This document shows positions 1 to 7,899 of a stretch of DNA of 14,242 nucleotides, in pieces. Positions within the stretch are counted from its first letter, which is position 1, and every line of letters starts with the position of its first letter. Position numbers and translations under genes: made by a program. The stretch comes from Deltaproteobacteria bacterium (GTDB lineage Bacteria > Myxococcota_A > Polyangia > Fen-1088): NCBI GenBank assembly GCA_033763315.1, contig JANRKS010000039.1, forward strand, positions 1 through 14,242, read 5' to 3'. The notes under the pieces were generated by a model. The model had not been told where the DNA came from, made no database searches, and worked only from the letters and a program-made list of their open reading frames with translations.

Positions 1-2
1 CG

Positions 3-533
3 TGGCGCGCGTCCACGGCCACCGCCTTGGGTGTTTTGGGAGATCCCGCGGCGGTGCCGCTGTTGCGCGCGTGGGCTTTGTCGGCGACTCGAGGCCGTAC
101 GGCCCAAGCGGCCATTGCGGCCCTGGGAGCGATAGCGCATCCGAGCGCCGCATCGGCGTTATCGGATCGACTCGCCAACATGGGCGCAAACGATCCCTTG
201 CTGCCTTGGATCGAGGAGGCCCTGCTGCGTTTAGGTGTGCAGGCCGAGCCCGCGTTGATTGCTTTGTTGGCCGAAGATCGCCACCCGCTCCTGCTCGTGC
301 GCGTGATGGCCTGGCTTGCGAAAGTGGGTGGGCCCCCCACCGTGTCTGCGTTGGCGGAAACCTTGGCTTGGTCGTCGCCCGCGGTGCCCGCGGCCCTCGC
401 GGCGCTGGCCACGATGCACGCACGCGGTTTGTCCTTGGCGCCCGCGCAACTTGATCTGCGCGCGGCGGCCTCCGATCCATCGCAAACCATTCGCGCGTTG
501 GCGGCACCTTTGGTGGCAACGGCGACGCGCTGA
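3..533 (+). CDS. HEAT/PBS-lyase-like repeat protein, C-terminal part (5' end outside window)
   Basis: Frame is open from position 3. Repeated helical motifs: ATALGVLGDPAAVPLL, IAALGAIAHPSAASAL, ALLRLGVQAEPALIALL, LAKVGGPPTVSAL, DPSQTIRALAA. Confidence 0.75.
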   Translation, partial: WRASTATALGVLGDPAAVPLLRAWALSATRGRTAQAAIAALGAIAHPSAASALSDRLANMGANDPLLPWIEEALLRLGVQAEPALIALLAEDRHPLLLVRVMAWLAKVGGPPTVSALAETLAWSSPAVPAALAALATMHARGLSLAPAQLDLRAAASDPSQTIRALAAPLVATATR

Positions 534-578
534 AAAAATTCAGGTTGTTTTCGCCACGGGTTGTGCGGAAATGGCGCG

Positions 579-3191
579 ATGTCGAGCGCCGCCAACCTCC
601 CCCTGCCCCCGCGTGGTCCTTCGCCAAAGCTCACGGGCGAAAAGCCGCAGTATCGATCCTTTGCGCAGAAGTTGTTTCGCATGCGCTCGTTCAAAGCTTG
701 GTGGGCGTGCTTGGTCGACGAAGGGCCTGGGCATTTTCGCAACCCGGTCGATTGGTTGTTGGGGCGCGATCTGCTCACATACCTTCGCTCCATTTCGCTT
801 TACAGCTCCAACGGCGCCGAGCTGGATCACCGCGATTGGATGCACCCAGAGGTGATCGATCTTTCATCGGCCCCGCTGGCGGCCGACGGCGCCTTTTGGT
901 TTGATTACATGGCTGACGCTGGAGATGGCCAGATGGCGATGTATAGCCTGGCCTATCTAGCTTTGGGCGATCTGTGGAAGCACGAGGGCAAGCTCAGCTG
1001 TGCAACAGAGGGCACATTTTCAACGGCCGAACGCCTGCCGCGTGGTTCGTTCTTATTCCTGGGCGGCGACACCGCTTACCACGTGGCTGATCGAGGCACG
1101 CTGGCGCAGCGGTTCGCAGGCCCGTTTGATTGGGCTCAAAAAGACCGCGAGCGCGAGGGTACGTTGGGCGGACACGAGGCAGGTGCCGCGGCGCCCATGC
1201 TCTTCGCCATTCCCGGCAATCACGACTATTACGATTCATTGTTGGGCTTCAACCATCTGTTTCGCCACAACGCTTCGGCTGCAGACACACGCCCCTTGGT
1301 GGCCGACTTCGTGCGCCGCCAAGACTCCAGTTTTGCGGTGATGAAGTTGCCGTTCGCCTGGTGGTTCTGGGGCCTAGACACGCAGAACGGGCGCATCGAT
1401 TGGCGCCAAAAACAATTTATTCTTGATCAGCTAAGCGAAGGCACGCCGAACCGTTTGATTGTGTGCACGCCTGAACCAACCACTGTGTTTCACGAGGTGA
1501 TGCGCCAGGCAACCCGTCCGTACAAAGACTTGCACCTGCCGCGCCCCTTCACCACAGGTCAGCTGCCCAACGACGATCAGATCCACCTTGATATAGCCGG
1601 CGACGTTCATCATTACGCGCGCCACTCGTTGAGCGACGTTCCCAATTATGCGTCGGTGGTATCGGGCGGCGGGGGAGCCTTTTTGCACCCCACGCATACG
1701 AACATCGCCGGGCGGCCTCAGCCCGTGCAAGGCAGCCGGGAGACGTGGCCTCCGGCACCGGTTCTTTACCCATCGCCCGAAGTGGCATGCCGCGAGACGA
1801 ATCTGCGGCTGCTTTGCCCATGGAAGATCTTCCGCGGTGGCTACGTGTGGTTGATAGGCGCGATCTGTGCGGCAGTGATCTATTTCGGGGCCACGGTGGC
1901 GCCTCACACGCGATCGCTGTCCACGCACGTGGGGCGTTGGATCGCGCCGTTGACTTCCCCAGCCGATGAAGAAGCGCTGCAAACGCCGCCCAAGCGCGAT
2001 CTCGAAGTGTTCCAAAACATGGCGCCCGCACTTGTGCCCCCCAACATGCCCGCACAAGAAGACGATCCGATCACCGTTACCGTTGCCGCCGCCGCGGGCG
2101 CGCCAGCACCGGTCCCCAAACCGGGCCCGCCCGCTGAAGGGGTGGCCGTGGCCATCATCATCGCTGCGTTGGCCGCCGTGTTTGGCCTCTCCGCGAAACC
2201 CAAAGCGCTCGCGCGCACACAAGCCGTGAAATTGCGTCGTTACATCGGTGTGATGGGAGCGCTTGCACTTTCGGCAACGGCCATTGGCTTTACCTTCAGC
2301 ATTTTAGGTGGCCTTCATCAAGCGCCCGAAAAGCATCCGTTCTTGAGCAGTTTGATGTTGTTGGCGTTTGCCCTGCCCCTGCCCGCCGCGTGGTTATGGA
2401 CTTCAAGTTATGTGGCCACGCTGCCCAAACAAGCCAAATTTCGCTCCATCAGCTGGATGGATTACGTGCCGGCGTGGATCGCGTTAAGCCACGGTGTGAT
2501 GTCCGTGGTTTTTGGTTTGGTGTTGTACGGCGTGCAAGCGATCGGGCAAACCTTCAGCGACTGGGTCTTTGTGTTCGCGTTCGCTTTTGTGGGTCTCGGC
2601 CCCGCGGGTCTTGGCTGGTTTCAAGCGGGCGCCCATCGTAAATGGCACACGCGCTTGGCCTTCGCCGCGATGGGCCTTTACCTCGGCTTGCTGCAGATCT
2701 GCATTCCTTTGTTGTTAGCGCTCGATGGCTCGTGGTTGCGCGCGGCCGTGGTGATCGGGTGGACGTTGGCTGTCACCGCGGTGGCTGCGACATGGTGTTC
2801 CACCTGCAAGCGCAGCCGTTTGATTTGGCTGCTGTGGCTGCTGGCGGGAGGCGTGGCGTTGCTGGCTTCCATCTGGGGGCACACGCGGCACGAGGTTTCC
2901 TTCACCAGGCTTACCGTCACCGTGTTCGCGGGCGCCCTGTTCACCTGCGTTTGGTTCGGCTGGTACTTGGCTTCGACGCTGGCGTGGGGTGGCCACAACA
3001 ACGAAGCGGGCGGCGCCGCTCACCTCGATCGCCACCGCCATTTCATTCGCTTCAAGTTGCAAGCGGATCGCCTCACGGGCTATGTGATCGGCATCAACAA
3101 ACCGGGTCCCGATGGCAAGAACTTGTGCCCCGAGCTTGTAGACGTGTTCCAGCTGGTGCCGCGCCGACCTTCCTCGGCCAATCGAACTTGA
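579..3191 (+). CDS. Calcineurin-like metallophosphoesterase with a large multi-TM C-terminal region
   Basis: Motifs ADAGDG, GGDTAY, PGNHDYYD, AGDVHHYAR and SGGGGAFLHPTH, followed by roughly 10-12 hydrophobic segments. ATG at 579 is preferred over TTG at 561. Confidence 0.85.
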   Translation: MSSAANLPLPPRGPSPKLTGEKPQYRSFAQKLFRMRSFKAWWACLVDEGPGHFRNPVDWLLGRDLLTYLRSISLYSSNGAELDHRDWMHPEVIDLSSAPLAADGAFWFDYMADAGDGQMAMYSLAYLALGDLWKHEGKLSCATEGTFSTAERLPRGSFLFLGGDTAYHVADRGTLAQRFAGPFDWAQKDREREGTLGGHEAGAAAPMLFAIPGNHDYYDSLLGFNHLFRHNASAADTRPLVADFVRRQDSSFAVMKLPFAWWFWGLDTQNGRIDWRQKQFILDQLSEGTPNRLIVCTPEPTTVFHEVMRQATRPYKDLHLPRPFTTGQLPNDDQIHLDIAGDVHHYARHSLSDVPNYASVVSGGGGAFLHPTHTNIAGRPQPVQGSRETWPPAPVLYPSPEVACRETNLRLLCPWKIFRGGYVWLIGAICAAVIYFGATVAPHTRSLSTHVGRWIAPLTSPADEEALQTPPKRDLEVFQNMAPALVPPNMPAQEDDPITVTVAAAAGAPAPVPKPGPPAEGVAVAIIIAALAAVFGLSAKPKALARTQAVKLRRYIGVMGALALSATAIGFTFSILGGLHQAPEKHPFLSSLMLLAFALPLPAAWLWTSSYVATLPKQAKFRSISWMDYVPAWIALSHGVMSVVFGLVLYGVQAIGQTFSDWVFVFAFAFVGLGPAGLGWFQAGAHRKWHTRLAFAAMGLYLGLLQICIPLLLALDGSWLRAAVVIGWTLAVTAVAATWCSTCKRSRLIWLLWLLAGGVALLASIWGHTRHEVSFTRLTVTVFAGALFTCVWFGWYLASTLAWGGHNNEAGGAAHLDRHRHFIRFKLQADRLTGYVIGINKPGPDGKNLCPELVDVFQLVPRRPSSANRT

Positions 3192-3263
3192 CCACGGGGT
3201 GAAAACACGGGCGCGCTGCACTTTGCCCTGTGCAGGCTGCGGGCGCTGCGCTATCACGGCAAG

Positions 3264-4058
3264 ATGACGCGCTCACTTCCTCGGCTCTTGTTTATTTTCG
3301 GCATGCTAAGCGCTTATGGTGCAGCTGCGGCGCCGGCCCAGCCAACCCCCACCCCCAACACGCTGTCGGCGGCAGAGAAGCGCCAGGGGTGGCGCCTGCT
3401 GTTCGACGGCAAGACCTTGGCTGGCTGGCGAGGCTTTCACCAAACCGATGTGCCAAACGTGGGTTGGAAAGTGCAAGACGACAGCATCGTCTATGAGCCC
3501 GTGTGCCCCACGTGCGAAAAGCCAGGCGACCTCATCACCAAAGATGAATACGACAACTTTGAACTTCGCATCGATTGGAAGTTGTCTCCCAAAGGGAACA
3601 GCGGTGTGAAGTACCTGGTGGATGAAAGCCTTGTAAAGACCGGCCACGGTGGGCTTGGCTTCGAGATGCAAGTGCTGGACAACGAAGGGCACCCAGACGC
3701 AAAGAAGGGCATTGCGGGCAACCGCACAGCCGGCGGGCTTTACGATCTCATTCCCCCCGCGCAGCAGACGGCCAAGCCCGTGGGTCAATGGAACGAAGCG
3801 CGTTTGGTGGTGCACGGCAACCACATCGAACACTGGCTCAACGGCCAAAAGGTGGTTGAGTATGAACGCGGCTGCCAAATGATGAAGGCGTTGATTGCCG
3901 GCAGCAAATACGCCGCGAATCCTGGCTTTGGCGAAGCGGCCAAAGGGCACCTGCTGCTGCAAGACCACGGTGATCAGGTTTGGTTTCGCAACATCAAGCT
4001 GCGCGTGTTGCCCGCCCCCAAAACCAAAACCCAAACGCCAGTCGCCCCCACGAAGTAA
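3264..4058 (+). CDS. Secreted DUF1080 (3-keto-disaccharide hydrolase family) protein
   Basis: Signal peptide, then NTLSAAEKRQGWRLLFDGKTLAGW, NFELRIDWK..GNSGVKY, EMQVLD, GQWN and LLLQDHGDQVWFRNIK. Confidence 0.92.
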   Translation: MTRSLPRLLFIFGMLSAYGAAAAPAQPTPTPNTLSAAEKRQGWRLLFDGKTLAGWRGFHQTDVPNVGWKVQDDSIVYEPVCPTCEKPGDLITKDEYDNFELRIDWKLSPKGNSGVKYLVDESLVKTGHGGLGFEMQVLDNEGHPDAKKGIAGNRTAGGLYDLIPPAQQTAKPVGQWNEARLVVHGNHIEHWLNGQKVVEYERGCQMMKALIAGSKYAANPGFGEAAKGHLLLQDHGDQVWFRNIKLRVLPAPKTKTQTPVAPTK

Positions 4059-4112
4059 CCAGCCTGCCAACGCAGGGTTTCTGCCAGAAGAAATCCGCGC
4101 CACCACGGCGCC

Positions 4113-4153
4113 AGACCCAGCACACGAGTCATATGACTTGTGTGACTGGGTCT
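4113..4153. repeat. 41-bp near-perfect palindrome
   Basis: AGACCCAGCACACGAGTCAT|ATGACTTGTGTGACTGGGTCT, with one bulge, one G:T pair and no loop. Confidence 0.85.
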
Positions 4154-4307
4154 TCTAGTTACATCAGTTCCCGTCGCAAAAGCTGACATCGTTGTCCAGT
4201 TTCTGTCGCCCGGGCATAGCGATCTTTCTCAAGCAGATGGCGGTCTTACGAGGCTTTGCGGGGGTTGGGCCGGGAAAGGCCGGCATCGGCGGGCTGCGAT
4301 CGCGCCG

Positions 4308-4323
4308 CGGCACGACCGTTGCA
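4308..4323 (+). promoter_or_regulatory. Sigma54 (-24/-12) promoter
   Basis: CGGCACGACCGTTGCA matches TGGCACG-N4-TTGCW with exact GG-N10-GC spacing, about 70 bp upstream of ORF 4391. Confidence 0.75.
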
Positions 4324-4390
4324 CAAGGGGTTTGCACTTTTTCAGCGCGACAAAGGTCTCGGGCGCCCCTCTTAAAAGAAAGAAGAGCAT

Positions 4391-4807
4391 ATGAACTTTC
4401 CTAGCAACACCGTCGTGGTCCCGGCCGAAAACCCCTCTGAAGGCAGCAAAACACTGCGCCTCAAAAGCCCCCAGGCTCGTGCGCCACGGGCTCCTACCTT
4501 AAACCAAGGAACCGCCATGACTGTCGCTGTGCTCCCCGCCGACGGAACTGATCCCGTCGCCACCTTCCCCGATATGGAAACCGCCATGGCCTGGGGTCTG
4601 CAACAATACAAAGGCGCCCCCTTCGTCGTCCGCGTTTATACCGACGCGCAAGACGCGGCCGCTCCACCGCCTCGCCCCATCGCCACCCAGCGGCGGCCTG
4701 CCACCAAAGCCAACGCCGTTTCAAACATTTTGCGCACCGTAAGAAAGGCCGCGCAGGAAGATTTACAGCACCAAGCTGGTTCTCTTCGCAAAGCTGCAGC
4801 CCACTAG
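4391..4807 (+). CDS. Hypothetical protein
   Basis: Purine-rich leader before the ATG. Lies between a sigma54 promoter and a terminator. An alternative start at MTVAVLP (~4517) is preceded by AAGGA. Confidence 0.65.
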   Translation: MNFPSNTVVVPAENPSEGSKTLRLKSPQARAPRAPTLNQGTAMTVAVLPADGTDPVATFPDMETAMAWGLQQYKGAPFVVRVYTDAQDAAAPPPRPIATQRRPATKANAVSNILRTVRKAAQEDLQHQAGSLRKAAAH

Positions 4808-4865
4808 GCCGCGCTTCGAAGCCCAAAGGCTTCTTCAGACTTAGCTTAAAGGCAGTACCAAACCC

Positions 4866-4911
4866 GGCTGGCCGACTCGCTCCCCCTGAGACGGCCAGCC
4901 TGTTTATTTTT
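4866..4911 (+). terminator. Intrinsic terminator with C-rich loop
   Basis: GGCTGGCCG...CGGCCAGCC stem, loop containing CTCCCCCT, followed by TGTTTATTTTT. Confidence 0.8.
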
Positions 4912-4960
4912 GAAGCCACGCACGGGCCGCGCAAGCGCACGCGACTGCTAGGCTTGGTCC

Positions 4961-5719
4961 GTGATCAGCCTCTATTTTGACGTGGCCAAAACCGCGGGCA
5001 AACGCGCCATCAAGGCGTGGCCCGTCGCATTCTCGGTGCTCATCTATGCGGCCATCATGGCAGCCGCCATGTACCTCTTTGGCAGCATGGGCATGATTGG
5101 CGGATTCATCATGGGCTTCATCATGGCCGGCTGCTTCTCCAGCTACCTCACCTTGCTCGACAACACGGTGTCGGGGCACAAAAGCCGTTGGGCGGATCTA
5201 AAGAGTGGCTTCGGCGCGCGGTTCTGGGACGTCATCAGCGTGATGTTCGCATTCTGGGTGTTGGGCCTCGCCTCGCGTGTGCTGGTCAACGCGGCCCAAG
5301 AAAAGGCGCCCGCCATGCAAGCGATCATCGGGCTCGTCATCGCCGTGTTTTTTAATGTGGTGCCCGAACTGCTTTACCAAGGCAGCACACGCTCGTTCGC
5401 CCTGCTGATGGAGTCGGGCCGCTTCATCACGAAAAATTGGATGTCGTGGTTCCCACCCAATCTGCTGTTTGCCGCCGTGGCACTGGCGCCGCAAGGGATG
5501 CTTTGGGTTGATCACCCGGGCGAACTTTTGCTGCTGTTCAACCGTGTGTTTTCAACCTCAGGCCCCCTGCTGCTGTTTGCGCGCGTGCCGCTGTGGCTGA
5601 TGCCCTTGCCGCTGTTGTTCTTGCACTTCGTCATGGTTTACCGTGGCGTGCTGTTTAAAGAGCTGGCCCACAGTAACCCTCGCCTGCGCGCCTTCCGCGA
5701 AGCGCAACGCCGCGACTAA
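4961..5719 (+). CDS. Hypothetical integral membrane protein (~6 TM)
   Basis: 252-aa ORF with regularly spaced hydrophobic segments. GTG start lies 6 nt after an extended -10-like TGCTAGGCT. Confidence 0.8.
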   Translation: MISLYFDVAKTAGKRAIKAWPVAFSVLIYAAIMAAAMYLFGSMGMIGGFIMGFIMAGCFSSYLTLLDNTVSGHKSRWADLKSGFGARFWDVISVMFAFWVLGLASRVLVNAAQEKAPAMQAIIGLVIAVFFNVVPELLYQGSTRSFALLMESGRFITKNWMSWFPPNLLFAAVALAPQGMLWVDHPGELLLLFNRVFSTSGPLLLFARVPLWLMPLPLLFLHFVMVYRGVLFKELAHSNPRLRAFREAQRRD

Positions 5720-5730
5720 ACCGCCCGCAT

Positions 5731-5756
5731 AGATCCAAATCCGGGCCGCGCGCGTA
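5731..5756 (+). promoter_or_regulatory. ECF11 (RpoE/ChrR)-type autoregulatory promoter
   Basis: AGATCC-N16-CGTA, compared with the TGATCC-N16-CGTA consensus of this group, directly upstream of the sigma gene. Confidence 0.7.
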
Positions 5757-5764
5757 TCCTCCGC

Positions 5765-6415
5765 ATGGTCCCTCGTCCTTCGTCTTCCGCACCGGGGTGC
5801 AGGTGCGCCCCACCGGGGTGCAGGGTGAACGAGGTAAGTGGGGCGAGGCGTGCTAGCCTACGGCCCGTCGTGTCACCCGCGGACGAATGGCTGCTGCAGA
5901 TTGCGCAGACGCAGAACAAAGAAGCCTTCGCCAGTTTGTTCCAGCATTACGCGCCCCGGCTCAAGTCATTTGTGATGTCGTTGGGGGCAACGGCCACGGT
6001 GGCTGACGAGGTGGTGCAAGAAAGCCTCATCAGCGTGTGGCGACGGGCTGGCCAGTTCGACCCTGAGCGCGGCAGCAGTTCGGCGTGGTTGTTCTCGATC
6101 ACGCGCAACACCTTCATCAGCCATGTGCGCAAACAAAAGCGCCATGAGGCGAGCCCTGAAGATCCAACTTTGGCCAGCCACAACGACACACCAGAGGCGC
6201 GGGCGATCTCTTCGCAGGCGCGCCACAATTTGCAGGAAGCTCTGGCCAGTTTGCCGCCCGAGCAAGCGAGTGTGTTACGAAGCGCCTACATCAAAGGCCA
6301 GCCCCTGCGCGTGATCGCTGAGCAGCAGAACCTGCCGTTAGGCACGGTGAAAACCCGCGCGCGGTTGGCCTTGGAAAAATTGCGCGCCCTATGGAACGCG
6401 AAGGAGTCGTCGTGA
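5765..6415 (+). CDS. rpoE: ECF sigma factor of RpoE/ChrR (ECF11) type; start uncertain (5765, 5825 or 5870)
   Basis: Region 2: AFASLFQHYAPRLKSF..ADEVVQES..WRRAGQFDPERGSSSAWLFSITRN. Region 4: LPPEQ..IAEQQNLPLGTVKTRARLAL. Stop codon overlaps the chrR start. Confidence 0.9.
   Translation: MVPRPSSSAPGCRCAPPGCRVNEVSGARRASLRPVVSPADEWLLQIAQTQNKEAFASLFQHYAPRLKSFVMSLGATATVADEVVQESLISVWRRAGQFDPERGSSSAWLFSITRNTFISHVRKQKRHEASPEDPTLASHNDTPEARAISSQARHNLQEALASLPPEQASVLRSAYIKGQPLRVIAEQQNLPLGTVKTRARLALEKLRALWNAKESS
5790..5824 (+). repeat. 14-bp direct repeat with 21-bp period
   Basis: CACCGGGGTGCAGG at 5790-5803 and 5811-5824. Confidence 0.85.
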
Positions 6416-7062
6416 TGGATCCCCAGCACCATCTGCCCGCCGATGTGTTGATGGAGTACGCCGCTGGCACCGCGGCTGCCACCACGTCCTTGTTGGTGGC
6501 GTGCCACATCACGTTGTGCGCGCTCTGTCGCGCCGAGGTGCAGCGGCTTGAGGAAGTGGGCGCACGTTTGCTGGAACAACAGCCCGAGGCGTCCTTGCCC
6601 ACAGATGCATTGGCGCGCCTCTTGGCCCGCATCGACAGCGAGCCCGTTGTACCCTCGCCTGCGCCCGCACCCAGCGTGGACGCGCGGCTGCCACGCCCTT
6701 TGCAGGAGGTGCTGCCGGGTGGCCGCTTCAAGCTTGCGCGTTGGCTGCCCGGAATGAAGGGCATCACCTTGCGCTTGGCCGAAGCACCGTTACCCCCGGC
6801 GCGGCTCGTTCTGTTTGGCCCCAACGTGTGCATCCCCAGCCACGATCACGAGGCGCCCGAGTATCTTTTGGTGCTCGATGGTGAGGTGGTCGACAGCAAC
6901 AAGGTCTATCGCCGCGGCGATGTCTCTGTTTCGGAAACGGGCCACGTTCACGAGCAGCGCATCAGCCAACGCGGACCGTGCTTGTGCCTTATCGTGAATG
7001 AAGGTGGCATTCGTCCAAAAACGTTGTGGGGGCAATTGCTCAAACGCATTGCGGGCCTTTAG
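6415..7062 (+). CDS. chrR: ChrR family zinc anti-sigma factor (ZAS + cupin)
   Basis: HHL..LMEYAAG..CHITLCALC (HxxxCxxC) and cupin motif IPSHDHEAPEYLLVLDG. RBS AAGGAG at 6401-6406. TGATG overlap with the sigma gene. Confidence 0.92.
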   Translation: MDPQHHLPADVLMEYAAGTAAATTSLLVACHITLCALCRAEVQRLEEVGARLLEQQPEASLPTDALARLLARIDSEPVVPSPAPAPSVDARLPRPLQEVLPGGRFKLARWLPGMKGITLRLAEAPLPPARLVLFGPNVCIPSHDHEAPEYLLVLDGEVVDSNKVYRRGDVSVSETGHVHEQRISQRGPCLCLIVNEGGIRPKTLWGQLLKRIAGL

Positions 7063-7063
7063 T

Positions 7064-7411
7064 ATGGCGCTCGTGTCGAACCGAGATGCCAAGAAGGCGC
7101 AGAAAGCCGCGCAGCACCCCAACCGTCCTGGGCGTGAATGCAAGGCGGAAACGGGCACCTGGGAGCCGATCATCAACCGCGCCCGCTGTGAGGGCAAAAG
7201 TGATTGCGTCGCCGTGTGCCCCTACGACGTGTTCGAGGTCAAGCGTATCTTAGAGACCGATTACAAAACATTGCCGTGGCTTGGCCGCTTGAAGCTTCGC
7301 GTGCACGGCATGAAAACGGCCTACACCCCCAACGTGGACCAATGCAAAGCGTGTGGCTTGTGCGTCGTTTCGTGCCCCGAGAAAGCGATCACGCTGCGGC
7401 CGCGAAACTAG
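7064..7411 (+). CDS. Dicluster Fe-S ferredoxin
   Basis: CEGKSDCVAVCP (second Cys replaced by K) and CKACGLCVVSCP. ATG is 1 nt after the chrR stop. Confidence 0.88.
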   Translation: MALVSNRDAKKAQKAAQHPNRPGRECKAETGTWEPIINRARCEGKSDCVAVCPYDVFEVKRILETDYKTLPWLGRLKLRVHGMKTAYTPNVDQCKACGLCVVSCPEKAITLRPRN

Positions 7412-7624
7412 ATGCTGTCGACGCGGAAGCGGCAGTCGGCTTGTAGTGTTCGCAGAGCTCGCGCCTCCGCAGCGCGAGTATCATTTCTGCAATGTAATAT
7501 AAACTACATACACGTCCGCGGAAAATGAGGCTTTAGGCGGCGGGATGGGTTGTGCGCCAGAGTCGCAGCTCACCCGGGGCGGGGCCACATGCGGGGAATT
7601 CGCACAGCGCCGCTCAACGGGCAC

Positions 7625-7659
7625 AAAATAAAACGGCGCCGTTTTTCAACAGCGCCGTT
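7625..7659 (-). terminator. Intrinsic terminator of the tRNA operon
   Basis: Minus strand AACGGCGC-N12-GCGCCGTT followed by TTATTTT, directly after tRNA-Glu. Confidence 0.75.
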
Positions 7660-7662
7660 GGG

Positions 7663-7737
7663 CGACCTCGGCGGGATTCGAACCCGCGTTCATGCCGTGA
7701 AAGGGCATTGTCCTGGGCCGGACTAGACGACGAGGTC
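7663..7737 (-). tRNA. tRNA-Glu (TTC)
   Basis: Acceptor stem GACCTCG/CGAGGTC, anticodon arm ATGCC-CTTTCAC-GGCAT, T arm GCGGG-TTCGAAT-CCCGC. CCA not encoded. Confidence 0.96.
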
Positions 7738-7782
7738 TTAAGATTTAATTAACTCTAGCGTACTTTTGATCGCTTGAGCTTG

Positions 7783-7855
7783 TGAGCCCAGCAGGATTTG
7801 AACCTGCGACCTACGGATTAAAAGTCCGCAGCTCTACCAGCTGAGCTATGGGCTC
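7783..7855 (-). tRNA. tRNA-Lys (TTT)
   Basis: Acceptor stem GAGCCCA/TGGGCTC, anticodon arm GCGGA-CTTTTAA-TCCGT, T arm GCAGG-TTCAAAT-CCTGC. CCA not encoded. Confidence 0.96.
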
Positions 7856-7866
7856 GAAGGGACGGC

Positions 7867-7894
7867 TTTGTACCACGGTCTCGGGCAGAGTCAA
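7867..7894 (-). promoter_or_regulatory. Sigma70-type stable-RNA promoter
   Basis: TTGACT-N16-TACAAA with TGn extension and a GC-rich discriminator (GCCGTCCC) ahead of tRNA-Lys. Confidence 0.7.
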
Positions 7895-7899
7895 AGGGG

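Noticed and set aside
7480-7512. dif site
   Set aside because: It lacks the XerD arm (TTATGTTAAAT-like).
7412-7663. Genomic island or prophage integrated at tRNA-Glu
   Set aside because: No integrase or duplicated tRNA 3' end is visible, and the terminator is intact.
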